A stretch of 64,000 nt of DNA from Nannocystis bainbridge (lineage in GTDB: Bacteria > Myxococcota_A > Polyangia > Nannocystales > Nannocystaceae): assembly GCF_028368995.1 (NCBI RefSeq), contig NZ_JAQNDL010000001.1, positions 288,001-352,000 of the forward strand. Direction: 5' to 3'. Both the position numbers and the translations under genes were made by a program. Under the pieces are notes generated by a model. The model made no database searches. It was not told the DNA's origin and was given only the letters and a program-made list of their open reading frames with translations. Shown piece by piece: positions 1 through 10,186 of this stretch. Numbering within the stretch: the stretch's first letter is position 1; every line of letters starts with the position of its first letter.

Positions 1-2
1 TC

Positions 3-1484
3 CTGGTCGTCACCGTGCCGCTGATCGGCGGCGTGCTCACGATCGTCATGGGCCGCGGCAAGGGCCCGTGGGCGTGGGCCACCCTCATCACCGGGCTGGT
101 GTTCTACTTCACCGTCCTGCTGATGCAGCAGGTCCTGGCCGCAAAGACAGGTACCATCTCCTACGAGCTCGGCAACTGGCCGCGCCAGTGGGGCATCGAG
201 TACCGGGTCGACGCGCTCAACGCCTTCATCCTGCTCACGGTCGCCGGCGTCGGCTTCGTCACCACGCTGTACGCCCAGAAGAGCGTCGAGAAGGAGATCC
301 CGCAGGACCGCCACAACTTCTTCTACGCGGTGTGGATCCTGGCGATCTGCGGCCTTTTGGGCATCACGGTCACCGGCGACGCCTTCAACGTCTACGTCCT
401 GCTCGAGATCAGCTCGCTCACCGTGTACGCGCTGATCGCCATGGGCAAGGACATGAACCGCCAGGCGCTCACCGCCAGCCTGCGCTACCTGATCCTCGGC
501 TCGGTCGGCGCCAGCTTCATCCTCCTCGGCATCGGTTACCTGATGATGGTCACCGGCACGCTCAACATGGAGGACATGCACGACCGCCTGGCGGCCCTGC
601 CCGACGCGGTCCACAACCGCACGGTCCTGGTCGCGTTCGCGTTCCTGCTGGTCGGCCTGGGCATGAAGATGGCCCTGTTCCCGCTGCACATGTGGCTGCC
701 GAAGGCCTACACCTACGCGCCCTCGGCCGTCAGCGCCCTGCTGTCGGCCACGGCGACGAAGGTCGGCATCTACATGGCCTTCCGGTTCCTGTTTACGATC
801 TTCGGCGTCGGCTTCTCGTTCGTCGCCATGCCGGCCAACGTGGTCCTCAGCGTCGCCGCCTGCACCGGCATCCTCGTCACCGGCGTCACCGCGGTGCGCC
901 AGACCAACCTGAAGCGCATGCTGGCCTACTCCTCGGTCGGTCAGCTCGGCTACATCGTCGCCGGCTTCTCGCTCGCCAACGTCAACGGCGTCGCCGGCTC
1001 GGTCGTCCACATCTTCAACCACGCGGTGATGAAGGGCGGCATGTTCATGGCCGCCGGCGCGATCATGTACCGCCTCGGCCGCTGCGACCTGCGGGCCGTG
1101 CGCGGCCTCGGCAAGCGCATGCCGCTGACGATGGCCGCGTTCGTGGCCGGCGGCCTCGGCCTGGTCGGCTTCCCGCTGACGGCCGGCTTCATCTCGAAGT
1201 GGTACCTCGTGCAGGGCGCGCTCGAGGCCCCGCACATGTGGCCGGTCGCCGCCGTCGTCCTGGTCGGCTCGCTGCTGGCCGTCGCCTACACCTGGCGCGT
1301 GGTCGAGGCCGCGTACTTCCAGGAGCCCGAGGGCGACAGCGCCCTCGTCACCGAGGCGCCGCTTTCGATGGTCCTGCCGATGTGGATCCTCATCGGCGCC
1401 AGCGTGTACTTCGGCGTGTCCGCCACCTTCACCGGCGACATCAGCATGCGGGCCGCCAAGAGCCTGCTCGGAGGGGCCCCATGA
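3..1484 (+). CDS. Mrp-type Na+/H+ antiporter subunit D family protein (5' end truncated by window edge)
   Basis: Polytopic membrane ORF with LLEISSL, KMALFPLHMWLP, LKRMLAYSSVGQ and PLTAGFISKW motifs of the MrpD/NuoN-type proton-antiporter family; frame is open to the window start. Confidence 0.9.
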   Translation: MVVTVPLIGGVLTIVMGRGKGPWAWATLITGLVFYFTVLLMQQVLAAKTGTISYELGNWPRQWGIEYRVDALNAFILLTVAGVGFVTTLYAQKSVEKEIPQDRHNFFYAVWILAICGLLGITVTGDAFNVYVLLEISSLTVYALIAMGKDMNRQALTASLRYLILGSVGASFILLGIGYLMMVTGTLNMEDMHDRLAALPDAVHNRTVLVAFAFLLVGLGMKMALFPLHMWLPKAYTYAPSAVSALLSATATKVGIYMAFRFLFTIFGVGFSFVAMPANVVLSVAACTGILVTGVTAVRQTNLKRMLAYSSVGQLGYIVAGFSLANVNGVAGSVVHIFNHAVMKGGMFMAAGAIMYRLGRCDLRAVRGLGKRMPLTMAAFVAGGLGLVGFPLTAGFISKWYLVQGALEAPHMWPVAAVVLVGSLLAVAYTWRVVEAAYFQEPEGDSALVTEAPLSMVLPMWILIGASVYFGVSATFTGDISMRAAKSLLGGAP

Positions 1485-3055
1485 TCCACTTCGACGTGAG
1501 CCCGCCGCTGCTGGCGCTCTACATCCCGCTGCTCGGCGCCCTGCTGATCTCGCTCGCGGGCCGCTGGCCCAACCTGCGCGAGCTCGTCACCCTGCTGACC
1601 GCCGGCGCGCTGCTGTGGGTGGTCGGCGGCATGGCCCCGGCGGTGCTCGCCGACGACTTCTGGGCCAGCTTCGCCAAGGCGCCGGCGCTCAAGCTCGCCG
1701 AGGTGCTGCCCGGCGTGTGGCTCGAGCTCAAGGTCGAGCCGCTCGGCATGCTGTTCGCGCTGATCGCCAGCAGCCTGTGGATCCTCAACTCGATCTATTC
1801 GATCGGCTACATGCGCGGCAACCACGAGAAGAACCAGACCCGGTTCTACGTGTGCTTCGCCCTGGCGATCGCCAGCGTCATCGGCCTCGCCTTCGCCGGC
1901 AACCTGTTCACCCTGTTCGTGTTCTACGAGGCGCTGACCCTGACCACCTACCCGCTGGTGGCCCACAAGGGCTCGGCCGAGGCCATCCGCTCGGCCCGCA
2001 CCTACCTCGGGATCCTCGTCGTCACCTCGGTCTGCTTCCTGCTGTCCGGCATCATCGCCACCTACGCGTTCACCGACGGTGACATGACCTTCCGGCCAGG
2101 TGGCGTGTTCAGGCGCGCGCTGGCCGACGGAAGTCTCACCGCGCCCACCTTGGGAATTCTCTTCGTCCTGTACATGTACGGCATCGGCAAGGCGGCTTTG
2201 ATGCCGGTGCACCGCTGGCTGCCGGCCGCCATGGTCGCGCCGACCCCGGTGTCGGCGCTGCTGCACGCGGTGGCGGTGGTGAAGGCCGGCGTCTTCACCG
2301 TCCTCAAGGTAATCGTCTACGTGTTCGGTCCGGCCGTGCTGGTGCGCTACGGCGTCGGCTCGTGGCTGATCTACGTGGCTGGCGCGACCATCCTGATCGC
2401 GTCCTGCATCGCCCTGTTCCAGGACAACCTCAAGCGGCGGCTGGCCTACTCCACCGTCAGTCAGCTCAGCTACGTCATCATCGCCGCCGCCCTGCTGTCG
2501 CCGCTGTCGATCACGGCCGCGGCGCTGCACATCGCCGCCCACGCGTTCGGCAAGATCACCCTGTTCTTCGCCGCCGGCTCGATCTACACCGCCGCGCACA
2601 AGACCGAGATCAGCCAGCTCGACGGCATCGGCCGGCGCATGCCGTTCACCATGGGCGCGTTCACCATCGGCGCGCTGTCGATGATCGGCCTGCCGCCGAC
2701 GGCCGGCTTCGTCAGCAAGTGGTACCTGCTGCAGGCCACCTGGGAGACCGATGCCCCGTTCGTGCTGGTCGTCGTCGTCCTGTCGACCCTGCTCAACGCC
2801 GCCTACTTCCTGCCGATCGTCTATCGCGCCTTCTTCGTCGCCGAGGCCAAGCACGACGACGCGCACCACTCCTCGGCCGACGGGCACTTCGGCGACGACG
2901 GCGACCACCACGGCCACCACGCCGGCGACCACGGCGAGGCCCCGTGGCCGATCGTCGTCGCCCTGTCGTGCACGGCGCTCGCCACCATCGCCTTCTTCTT
3001 CTATAGCGACCTCGCCATCGGCCTGGCGAACCAGCTCCGGAGCGGCCTGCCATGA
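1481..3055 (+). CDS. Mrp-type monovalent cation/H+ antiporter subunit D family paralog with His-rich C-terminal loop
   Basis: ATG at 1481 overlaps the previous stop (ATGA); motifs FYEALTLTTYPLV, KAALMPVHRWLPAAMVAPTPVSALLHAVAVVKAG, LKRRLAYSTVSQL. Confidence 0.9.
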   Translation: MIHFDVSPPLLALYIPLLGALLISLAGRWPNLRELVTLLTAGALLWVVGGMAPAVLADDFWASFAKAPALKLAEVLPGVWLELKVEPLGMLFALIASSLWILNSIYSIGYMRGNHEKNQTRFYVCFALAIASVIGLAFAGNLFTLFVFYEALTLTTYPLVAHKGSAEAIRSARTYLGILVVTSVCFLLSGIIATYAFTDGDMTFRPGGVFRRALADGSLTAPTLGILFVLYMYGIGKAALMPVHRWLPAAMVAPTPVSALLHAVAVVKAGVFTVLKVIVYVFGPAVLVRYGVGSWLIYVAGATILIASCIALFQDNLKRRLAYSTVSQLSYVIIAAALLSPLSITAAALHIAAHAFGKITLFFAAGSIYTAAHKTEISQLDGIGRRMPFTMGAFTIGALSMIGLPPTAGFVSKWYLLQATWETDAPFVLVVVVLSTLLNAAYFLPIVYRAFFVAEAKHDDAHHSSADGHFGDDGDHHGHHAGDHGEAPWPIVVALSCTALATIAFFFYSDLAIGLANQLRSGLP

Positions 3056-3297
3056 GCCTCGAAGACCCGCAGACGATTCGCAAGTTGTGGATTGGTTCGC
3101 TCGCCGTGCTGGCCCTGCTGGTGCTGGCTGACTTTTGGGCCAGGCAGGACCCACACCACCACGCTCACTTCGGCATCGACGGCGCGTTCGGCTTCTACAC
3201 CTGGTACGGCTTCGGCGTGTGCGCCGTCATGGTCCTGGTGTCCAAGTTCGTCGTCGGCCTGCTCTTGAAGCGGAAGGACACCTTCTACGATGACTGA
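3052..3297 (+). CDS. Small two-TM membrane protein in the Mrp operon
   Basis: 81 aa with two hydrophobic segments; overlaps both neighbouring genes. Confidence 0.8.
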   Translation: MSLEDPQTIRKLWIGSLAVLALLVLADFWARQDPHHHAHFGIDGAFGFYTWYGFGVCAVMVLVSKFVVGLLLKRKDTFYDD

Positions 3298-5089
3298 GTC
3301 GGTCGGCTTGCCTCCTCCGGGCCTCATCCTGGTCCTCGGCGGTCTCCTGCTGCCGCTGCTGCGCGGGCTCGGCCCGGCCGTCGCGCTGCTGCTGCCGCTG
3401 CTGACGCTGGCCGCGATCTGGGCCATCCCCCACGACCTCGTTGTCACGCTCCCGTTCATGGGCCAGTACGACCTCACGGTCCTGGCCTTCAATCCGCCGA
3501 CCCGCGTGTTCGCCACCATCTTCGCGGTGATGGCCTTCGCCGGGGCCCTGTTCGCCCACCCGATCGCCGGCCTCGACAGCGAACGCGGCCGGCGCTGGCG
3601 CGTCGAGCTGCCCGCGGCCTTCGTCTACGCCGGCTCGGCCATCTGCGTCACCTTCGCCGGCGACATCCTCAGCCTGTTCGTGTTCTGGGAGCTCATGGCG
3701 GTCGGCTCGACCACCGTGATCTGGAGCGCCGGCACCAAGGAGGCCGGGCGCGCCGGCTACCGCTACGCCCTGGTCCACTTCGTCGGCGGCGTGCTGCTGA
3801 TGGCCGGCATCCTCGCCAAGGTGTTCGCGCTCCAGGCCGCCGGCGTGGCCGACCCGCTGGCGCTGCACCACTTCTTCTTCGGCGCCGCCGGCTTCGAGGG
3901 CCTGTCCTTCGGGGCAGGTGACGCCGCCGCCTGGTTGATCCTGCTCGGCATCCTCGTCAACGCCGCCGCCCCGCCGCTCGGCTCGTGGCTGGCCGACGCC
4001 TACCCGGAGGCGTCCGAGAGCGGCACCGTGTTCCTGTCGGCCTTCACCACCAAGACGGCCGTCTACGTGCTCATGCTGCTGTTCGCCGGCACCCAGCTGC
4101 TGATCTACGTCGGCCTGTTGATGGCGGTGTACGGCATCGTCTACGCCATCCTCGAGAACGACATGCGGCGGATCCTCGCCTACTCGATCGTCAACCAGGT
4201 CGGGTTCATGGTCTGCGGGATCGGCATCGGCACCGCCATGGCGCTCAACGGCGCCGCCGCCCACGCCTTCGCCCACATCGTCTACAAGGCGCTGCTGCTG
4301 ATGTCGGCCGGCTCGGTCCTCTACATGACCGGCAAGCGCAAGTGCACCGACCTCGGCGGCCTCTATCACTCGATGCCGATCACGATGACGTGCGGCATCA
4401 TCGGCGCCCTGGCGATCTCGTCGTTCCCGCTGACCTCGGGCTTCGTCACCAAGTCGATGATCAACCAGGCCGCCGCCGACCAGCACCTCGCGCTCGCGTG
4501 GTTCACGCTGACCGCGGCCTCGGCGGGCGTGTTCCTGCACGCCGGCATCAAGTTCCCGTGGTTCGTGTTCTTCCAGAAAGACTCGGGCCTGCGCCCGCCG
4601 GACCCGCCGTGGAACATGCGCGCGGCGATGATCTTCTTCGCCGCCGTCTGCATCCTCCTCGGCGTCCCCGGCGTCTACGGCCCGCTCTACAGCATCCTGC
4701 CGTTCCCGGCCGCCGCGGGCGAGACCCTCTACGCGCCCTACACCGTCCCGCACGTCATCAACCAGCTGCAGCTGCTGCTGTTCTCGGGCCTGGCGTTCTT
4801 CGCCCTGCTCCCGGTCCTCAAGCGCACGCTGACGATCACCCTCGACGCCGACTGGTTCTACCGCCGCCTGTTCCCCGGCGTGTGGAAGCACCTCGTGCGC
4901 CCCGTCGTGCTCGCCTTCCGTGAGCTGTTCGACTACCTGTTCGGCCACATGCCGCAGATGGTCAAGGACCTGGTCTACTCGCCGCCGCAGGAGTCGGCCA
5001 TGTTCAAGGAGTGGGGCCTCGGCGGCGCCATGGTCGTGATCACCGGCTTCCTGTTCGCCTTCCTGGTGCTCGGCTACATCGCCGTCTGA
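3290..5089 (+). CDS. Mrp-type Na+/H+ antiporter subunit D family paralog (third)
   Basis: FWELMAVGS, WLADAYPEAS, FLSAFTTKTAVY, RRILAYSIVNQVG, SGFVTKS motifs. Confidence 0.9.
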   Translation: MTESVGLPPPGLILVLGGLLLPLLRGLGPAVALLLPLLTLAAIWAIPHDLVVTLPFMGQYDLTVLAFNPPTRVFATIFAVMAFAGALFAHPIAGLDSERGRRWRVELPAAFVYAGSAICVTFAGDILSLFVFWELMAVGSTTVIWSAGTKEAGRAGYRYALVHFVGGVLLMAGILAKVFALQAAGVADPLALHHFFFGAAGFEGLSFGAGDAAAWLILLGILVNAAAPPLGSWLADAYPEASESGTVFLSAFTTKTAVYVLMLLFAGTQLLIYVGLLMAVYGIVYAILENDMRRILAYSIVNQVGFMVCGIGIGTAMALNGAAAHAFAHIVYKALLLMSAGSVLYMTGKRKCTDLGGLYHSMPITMTCGIIGALAISSFPLTSGFVTKSMINQAAADQHLALAWFTLTAASAGVFLHAGIKFPWFVFFQKDSGLRPPDPPWNMRAAMIFFAAVCILLGVPGVYGPLYSILPFPAAAGETLYAPYTVPHVINQLQLLLFSGLAFFALLPVLKRTLTITLDADWFYRRLFPGVWKHLVRPVVLAFRELFDYLFGHMPQMVKDLVYSPPQESAMFKEWGLGGAMVVITGFLFAFLVLGYIAV

Positions 5090-5273
5090 GCGGACCCGTC
5101 CGCACGCCGCCCGCGGGCCGCGCGAACCTCCAGGTTCCGCGGCCCGTCGCACGTTCGAGGTCCGATCGGCGCCCGAGCCTGGGCACGGCGCCCCGGGCCA
5201 CATTGAGAGCGTACGCGCCCGCAGGTCCGGCGCTCCGCGTCGCCGGCGATTGCTCGACGCCATGCACCCCTGT

Positions 5274-5353
5274 GGACATGTCTCATCGAGAATGTCTTGA
5301 AGGACATGCTCTTTACGACATGTCTTCGAGGACATCCACGTCATGACATCGTC
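5274..5353. repeat. 14-bp-period GGACATGTCC-type palindrome array (6 units)
   Basis: Core tetramers at 5277, 5291, 5305, 5319, 5333, 5347. Confidence 0.85.
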
Positions 5354-5401
5354 CGATCGCAGTCGGGGCCATGCACGGGCCGCTCGCGCTACACCGGGAT
5401 C

Positions 5402-8026
5402 ATGACGATCCGGCTGTCTGCGCTGTTCGGCCTCGGCATCCTCCTCGCGTGCAGTCGCTCCGCGACCACCCCGCTCGCCTACCCCGAGCTCTTGCCCGAG
5501 CCCGACTGGCAGCAGCTCGAGGTCCCCGTGCGCGCCGCCGAAGCGCGACCCGAGCCCCCGCCCGTCGCCCTCGCCGACGGTGAAGTCCGCGACGTCGTCT
5601 ACACCGACCCGGGCGCGCTCCCGCAGCTCATGCACGCCGGCGTCGCCTTGCCCCTGCGCAACACCGACGTGCGCGCCCACCTGCGCGGCCCCGTCGCCGA
5701 GGTCGTCGTCCGCCAGCGCTTCGTCAACGACAACGCCGCCGCGCTCGACGCCGTCTACACCTTCCCCTTGCCCGAGAACAGCGCCGTCACCGACATGCGC
5801 ATGATCGTCGGCGCGCGCACGATCGAGGCCGAGATCCGCGAGCGCGCCCAGGCGCGGGCCGAGTACACCGCGGCCCGCGACGCCGGCCACACCGCCGCGC
5901 TGCTCGAGCAGGAGCGGCCCAACGTCTTCACCCAGTCGCTCGCCAACATCCCGTCGGGCGAGACCGTCGAGGTCGAGCTGCGCTACCTGCAGACCCTGAG
6001 CTACGACGCCGGCGAGTACGAGTTCGTGTTCCCCACCGTCGTCGGCCCGCGCTACCTCCCCGGCGATCCGCTCGCGCGCCGCAGCGAGGGCAGCGGCACC
6101 CGCTCCGACACCGACCGCGTCCCCGACGCCTCGCGGGTCTCCCCGCCCGTGCTCGGCCGCGGCCTGCGGACCGGGCACGACCTCTCGATCTCTGTCGTCG
6201 CCGAGGCCGCCACCCCGATCGTCGCCTGGGCCGCACCCGCGCACGTCGTCACCGCCGACGCGACCGACGGCCACCTCCGCGTCGCCCTCGCCCGCCGCGA
6301 CGAGATCCCCAACCGCGATTTCGTCCTGCGCTACCGCAGCGCCGCCGCCCAGCCGGCCGCCAAGCTGTTCCTCGGGCCAGCCGACGGCGCCTCGGGCGGC
6401 CACTTCCTGCTCGTCGTCGATCCGCCGCGCCTCGACGTCGAAGCCGCCGTCGGCCGCCGCGAGCTGCTGTTCGTCGTCGACGTGTCCGGCTCGATGTCGG
6501 GCGCCCCGCTCGCGCTCGCCAAGGCCGCCATGCGCGAGGCCCTCGCGCGCGCCCGGCCGGTCGACACCTTCGACGTCATCACCTTCGCCGGCAGCTCCCG
6601 GCGCCTGTTCGGCGCGCCGCGGCCGGCCAACGCCGAGAACCTGGCCCAGGCCGTCGAGTTCGTCGACAGCCTCGGCGCCGGCGGCGGCACCGAGATGCTC
6701 GCGGCCGTCGACGCCGCGCTCGCCAGCCCGGTCGAGGCTGGCCGTCACCGCTACGTCTTCCTCATGACCGACGGCTACATCAGCGAGGAGGACGCGATCG
6801 CTCGCGCCGCGCACGACCTGCTCGAGCGCCAGCGCGCCCACCATCGCCGCGCCCGCGTGTTCGGCGTCGGCATCGGCGACGCGCCCAACAGCCACCTGAT
6901 CGCCGCGATCTCCAGGGCCGGCGACGGCGCCGCGCTGCACGTGCGCCGCCCCGCCGACCTCGCGCGCGCCGGCCAGGTCATCGAGCGCACCATCGACGCC
7001 CCCGTGCTCACCGGCGTCACCATCGACTGGGGCAGCCTCGCGCCGCGCGACCTCTCGGTCTCGCTGCCACCTGACCTTTTGGCCAGCCATCCGCTGGTCG
7101 TGCACGGCCGCTACGAGGGCGCCCCGCCGGCCGAGCTGCGCCTGCGCGCCCGCGTCGGCGAGCGCTCCGTCAGCTTCCCGATCGAGGTCGTGCGCAGCGA
7201 CGAATCGGGCCGCACCCTCGCGCGCCTGTGGGCCCGCGAGCAGATCGGCGCCCTCGACCTCGCGCGCGCCACCGCCGGATCGGCCGAGGACGCGCAGCAG
7301 GCCCGGCGATCGATCTTGCAGCTCGGCCTGCAGCACCACCTCGTCACCGCCTACACCAGCCTGGTCGCCGTCGATCGCACGCGCCGCGTCGAGGGCCTCG
7401 CCGCCGAGGTCGTCCAGCCGGTCGAAACGGTCGCCGGCACGGACAACGCCCAGGTCACCAGGCTCCGCTCCGATCAGGTCCGCTACATCCCGGTCGGCGG
7501 CACCAACCGCGACTTCACGGCCGTCGTCGAACTGGCACCCACCGCCAGCCGCGACGCCGCGGGCATCCGCCTCGGCGGGACCACGGCCGCCGAGGCGCGC
7601 TACGTCATCGACGCTCAGCGCGGCGACCTCGCGACCTTCGGCGCCCCGCCCTCGGAGGCCCTGGGCAACCCCGGCCGCGGCTTCGCCGGCGTCGAGCCGT
7701 ACGCCCGCGCCCGCATCGGCGCCGTCAGCGGGGCCAGCGACGCCGAGGCCGTCCGCCTGCGCGCCCTCCTGCGCGCCGACGCCGAGTCGCTCGCGCTGTG
7801 TTTCCTCGACGCCGGCGACACCACCTACCGCGTCCACCGCCGGTTCGTGCTCGTCGTCCACCTCACCGCCGCCGGCGGCCTCGCGCGCATGGAGGTCAAG
7901 GGCCGCTCGCCGCTCAGCCCGGGCCTCACCGCCTGCCTGCGCCAGAAGGTCTACCCGCGGGTCCGCGGCGTCGTCAGCCCCGGAACCACCATCGAGATCG
8001 ACCTCGGCGTGTGGATGCGCTTCTAG
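5402..8026 (+). CDS. VIT and vWA domain lipoprotein (inter-alpha-trypsin inhibitor-like)
   Basis: Lipobox-like LLAC; VIT motifs (YTFPLPENSAV, LLEQERPNVFTQSLANI); vWA MIDAS DVSGSM, GGGTEM, LMTDG; upstream ORF extension is repeat-derived. Confidence 0.9.
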   Translation: MTIRLSALFGLGILLACSRSATTPLAYPELLPEPDWQQLEVPVRAAEARPEPPPVALADGEVRDVVYTDPGALPQLMHAGVALPLRNTDVRAHLRGPVAEVVVRQRFVNDNAAALDAVYTFPLPENSAVTDMRMIVGARTIEAEIRERAQARAEYTAARDAGHTAALLEQERPNVFTQSLANIPSGETVEVELRYLQTLSYDAGEYEFVFPTVVGPRYLPGDPLARRSEGSGTRSDTDRVPDASRVSPPVLGRGLRTGHDLSISVVAEAATPIVAWAAPAHVVTADATDGHLRVALARRDEIPNRDFVLRYRSAAAQPAAKLFLGPADGASGGHFLLVVDPPRLDVEAAVGRRELLFVVDVSGSMSGAPLALAKAAMREALARARPVDTFDVITFAGSSRRLFGAPRPANAENLAQAVEFVDSLGAGGGTEMLAAVDAALASPVEAGRHRYVFLMTDGYISEEDAIARAAHDLLERQRAHHRRARVFGVGIGDAPNSHLIAAISRAGDGAALHVRRPADLARAGQVIERTIDAPVLTGVTIDWGSLAPRDLSVSLPPDLLASHPLVVHGRYEGAPPAELRLRARVGERSVSFPIEVVRSDESGRTLARLWAREQIGALDLARATAGSAEDAQQARRSILQLGLQHHLVTAYTSLVAVDRTRRVEGLAAEVVQPVETVAGTDNAQVTRLRSDQVRYIPVGGTNRDFTAVVELAPTASRDAAGIRLGGTTAAEARYVIDAQRGDLATFGAPPSEALGNPGRGFAGVEPYARARIGAVSGASDAEAVRLRALLRADAESLALCFLDAGDTTYRVHRRFVLVVHLTAAGGLARMEVKGRSPLSPGLTACLRQKVYPRVRGVVSPGTTIEIDLGVWMRF

Positions 8027-8033
8027 CTCCCGA

Positions 8034-8099
8034 GGACATGCCCGATCGAGCATGTCCGTACGGACATAAACCAAGGGACATGCTCCGAGGAGCATGTCC
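8034..8099. repeat. 14-bp-period GGACATGTCC-type array (5 units) between convergent genes
   Basis: Cores at 8037, 8051, 8065, 8079, 8093. Confidence 0.9.
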
Positions 8100-8118
8100 C
8101 TTCATGGTACCCGCAGCG

Positions 8119-9999
8119 CTACTTGCCGCCGGCCGCCTTGAGCTGCCGCTTGGCCTCGTCGAGCGCCTTCTTCACGTCCTTGTCGTTCGAGCGCATCTTG
8201 GCCGCGGCGGCGTAGGCGTCGACCGCCTCCTGCCAGCGGCCCTTGCCGGCCATGCCCTGGCCCTTGAGCACCAGCGGGTCGAAGCCGGGCTTGACCCCGA
8301 GCTTCTCGTACTCCTCGAGCAGGGCCGCCAGCTCGTCCCAGGCCTTCATCAGCCGCAGGATCTTGCCCTCGCCGATCAGCGCCTCGGCCAGCAGCTCCTT
8401 GACCCCGGGGGTCTCGGGGGCCAGCGCCTGCACGCAGCGGAACACCTGACCCGCGTCGTGGAAGCGCTTGTCGGTCAGCGCCTTGCGGCCGGTGTCGAGC
8501 GCGGCCGACGGGATCTTCTTGGTGAGCCGCTCGATCGCCTCGTGCTTCGGATCGATCTCCCGCAGCGCGGCCAGGTAGTCGCGCACGCACTCGCCGGAGG
8601 GCTGACAGAAGCGGCCCTCGCTGAGCGCCAGGTCGGCGCGTCCGGCCAGGACCAGCGGGTCGCCGGCGTTGTCGACCGCCTGCGGGATCGCCAGGTCGAG
8701 CGGCTTCGGCGGCTCGGCCGGCGTCGAGTCGTCGACGTCCTGCGTGACCCCCGTCAAGACCGCCGGCCCCTCGCTCGGCGGCTTGGCCTCGCCGCCGAAC
8801 AGGCGCGGCCCGAACAGCACCAGCACCACCGCGATGGTGCCGGCGCCGACCAGCCACAGCCACGCGTGCGGGTGCTCCTTGACCGGCGGCGGCGCGACCA
8901 GCCGCGGCTCCGCGGTCGGCCGCGGCGCGCTCATCGACGCGCTCGCCAGCAGCATGTTGGGGTGCGACGCCGCGGCGATCGGCTCGCTCGGCGGCAGCAG
9001 CGAGCCCGAGCTGAGCGACGTCGCGGCTGACCTTTCGGACCTGTCCGAATCGCCAGACGACGAGCGAGCGGCCCGCGGCGCCGCCGGGTCGAGCGAGCGC
9101 AGGAGGTCGACCTCGAGCACCCGCATCGAGCGGATCCGGTTGTCGGGCCGGGGCGCCAGGCAACGCGCCACGAGGTCCGCCAGCGCGGCCGGCACGTCGC
9201 GCACCAGGTCGTCGACACGCGGGGCCTCCTGGCGGCCCTTCTTCATCATGATGTCGTAGTCGTTGCGGCCGGTGTACGGCAGCCGCCCGGTCAGCATCTC
9301 GAACAGCACCGTGCCGAGCGCGTAGATGTCGGAGACCGGGTCGGCCTCCTCGCCGGCCGCCTGCTCCGGCGCCATGTAGGCCGTCGACCCCACGAGCTTG
9401 TCGATCGTCGACACGCCCGAGCGCTCGCTGTCCATGTGCGAGCAGACGCCGAAGTCCAGCACCTTGACGACGTCGAGCTCGCCGTCCTCGGTGACGAGGA
9501 CGATGTTGCTCGGCTTGAGGTCGCGGTGGATGATGCCCATGTCGTGGGCGGTCCCCAGCGCGCGGCACACCTGGCTGGCGATGTGGACCGCCCGCCCGGC
9601 CGAGATGCGCTTCTCCTCGTCGAGCACGGCGCGCAGGTTCTGCCCGTCGAGCAGCTGCATCACCGAGTACACGCCGCCGTCGTCGAGCTTGCCGGTGCTG
9701 AACACCTCGATGATGTTGGGGTGTTGCAGCACCTGCGCCGCCTCGGCGTCGCGCAGGAAGCGGTCGCGGATCTCGGGGTCGCGCGCGTAGATCTCGGGCA
9801 GGATGCGCAGGGCGCAGGGGGCCCCGCGCTCGGTGTCGCGTGCCCGGTACAGCGCCCCCATCTCGTCGAAGGAGAGCAGCTCCTCGACGCGATAGCGGTG
9901 CGCGATCATCGTGCCCCAGCGCTGCTCCGCGGCCTCGCGCGGCGAAACCATCGCCCTGTTGGGGTTGCTGAGCAGGCCGTCGTTCTCGATATCCGCCAT
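8119..9999 (-). CDS. Membrane Ser/Thr kinase-family protein with C-terminal TPR-like region (probable pseudokinase)
   Basis: HRDLKPSN, DFG, YMAPEQ and SDIYALG present; one TM; Gly-loop and beta3 Lys altered. Confidence 0.9.
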   Translation of the reverse strand: MADIENDGLLSNPNRAMVSPREAAEQRWGTMIAHRYRVEELLSFDEMGALYRARDTERGAPCALRILPEIYARDPEIRDRFLRDAEAAQVLQHPNIIEVFSTGKLDDGGVYSVMQLLDGQNLRAVLDEEKRISAGRAVHIASQVCRALGTAHDMGIIHRDLKPSNIVLVTEDGELDVVKVLDFGVCSHMDSERSGVSTIDKLVGSTAYMAPEQAAGEEADPVSDIYALGTVLFEMLTGRLPYTGRNDYDIMMKKGRQEAPRVDDLVRDVPAALADLVARCLAPRPDNRIRSMRVLEVDLLRSLDPAAPRAARSSSGDSDRSERSAATSLSSGSLLPPSEPIAAASHPNMLLASASMSAPRPTAEPRLVAPPPVKEHPHAWLWLVGAGTIAVVLVLFGPRLFGGEAKPPSEGPAVLTGVTQDVDDSTPAEPPKPLDLAIPQAVDNAGDPLVLAGRADLALSEGRFCQPSGECVRDYLAALREIDPKHEAIERLTKKIPSAALDTGRKALTDKRFHDAGQVFRCVQALAPETPGVKELLAEALIGEGKILRLMKAWDELAALLEEYEKLGVKPGFDPLVLKGQGMAGKGRWQEAVDAYAAAAKMRSNDKDVKKALDEAKRQLKAAGGK

Positions 10000-10186
10000 G
10001 ATTCGAACTTGCTTGCCCGGCGCTGCAGCGCCGGGCCCCCAAGGCTAACGCGAGCCGGTCACACCCTCAAATTTGTGCCCCCGCGCAATTTCAGGCTGCG
10101 CCCGTCCCAACCTGCCGAATCGCGCCGCGAACGTTCCAGCGCACATGGGCGCGGAGAACTTCCGCATCACCCGCCGGACCCCGAGG

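Noticed and set aside
5297-5401. N-terminal extensions and small ORFs beginning MS..TC or HVP (also 45480-45701, 54076-54192, 29318-29867, 36121-36630)
   Set aside because: ATGs are supplied by the CATG cores of the 14-bp arrays; homology or signal peptides begin downstream
3227-8095. Very long antisense or alternate-frame ORFs (e.g. 3227..8095, 37356..41774, 34424..37522, 27205..29610)
   Set aside because: Shadow ORFs expected at high GC; they overlap well-supported genes and have no family motifs
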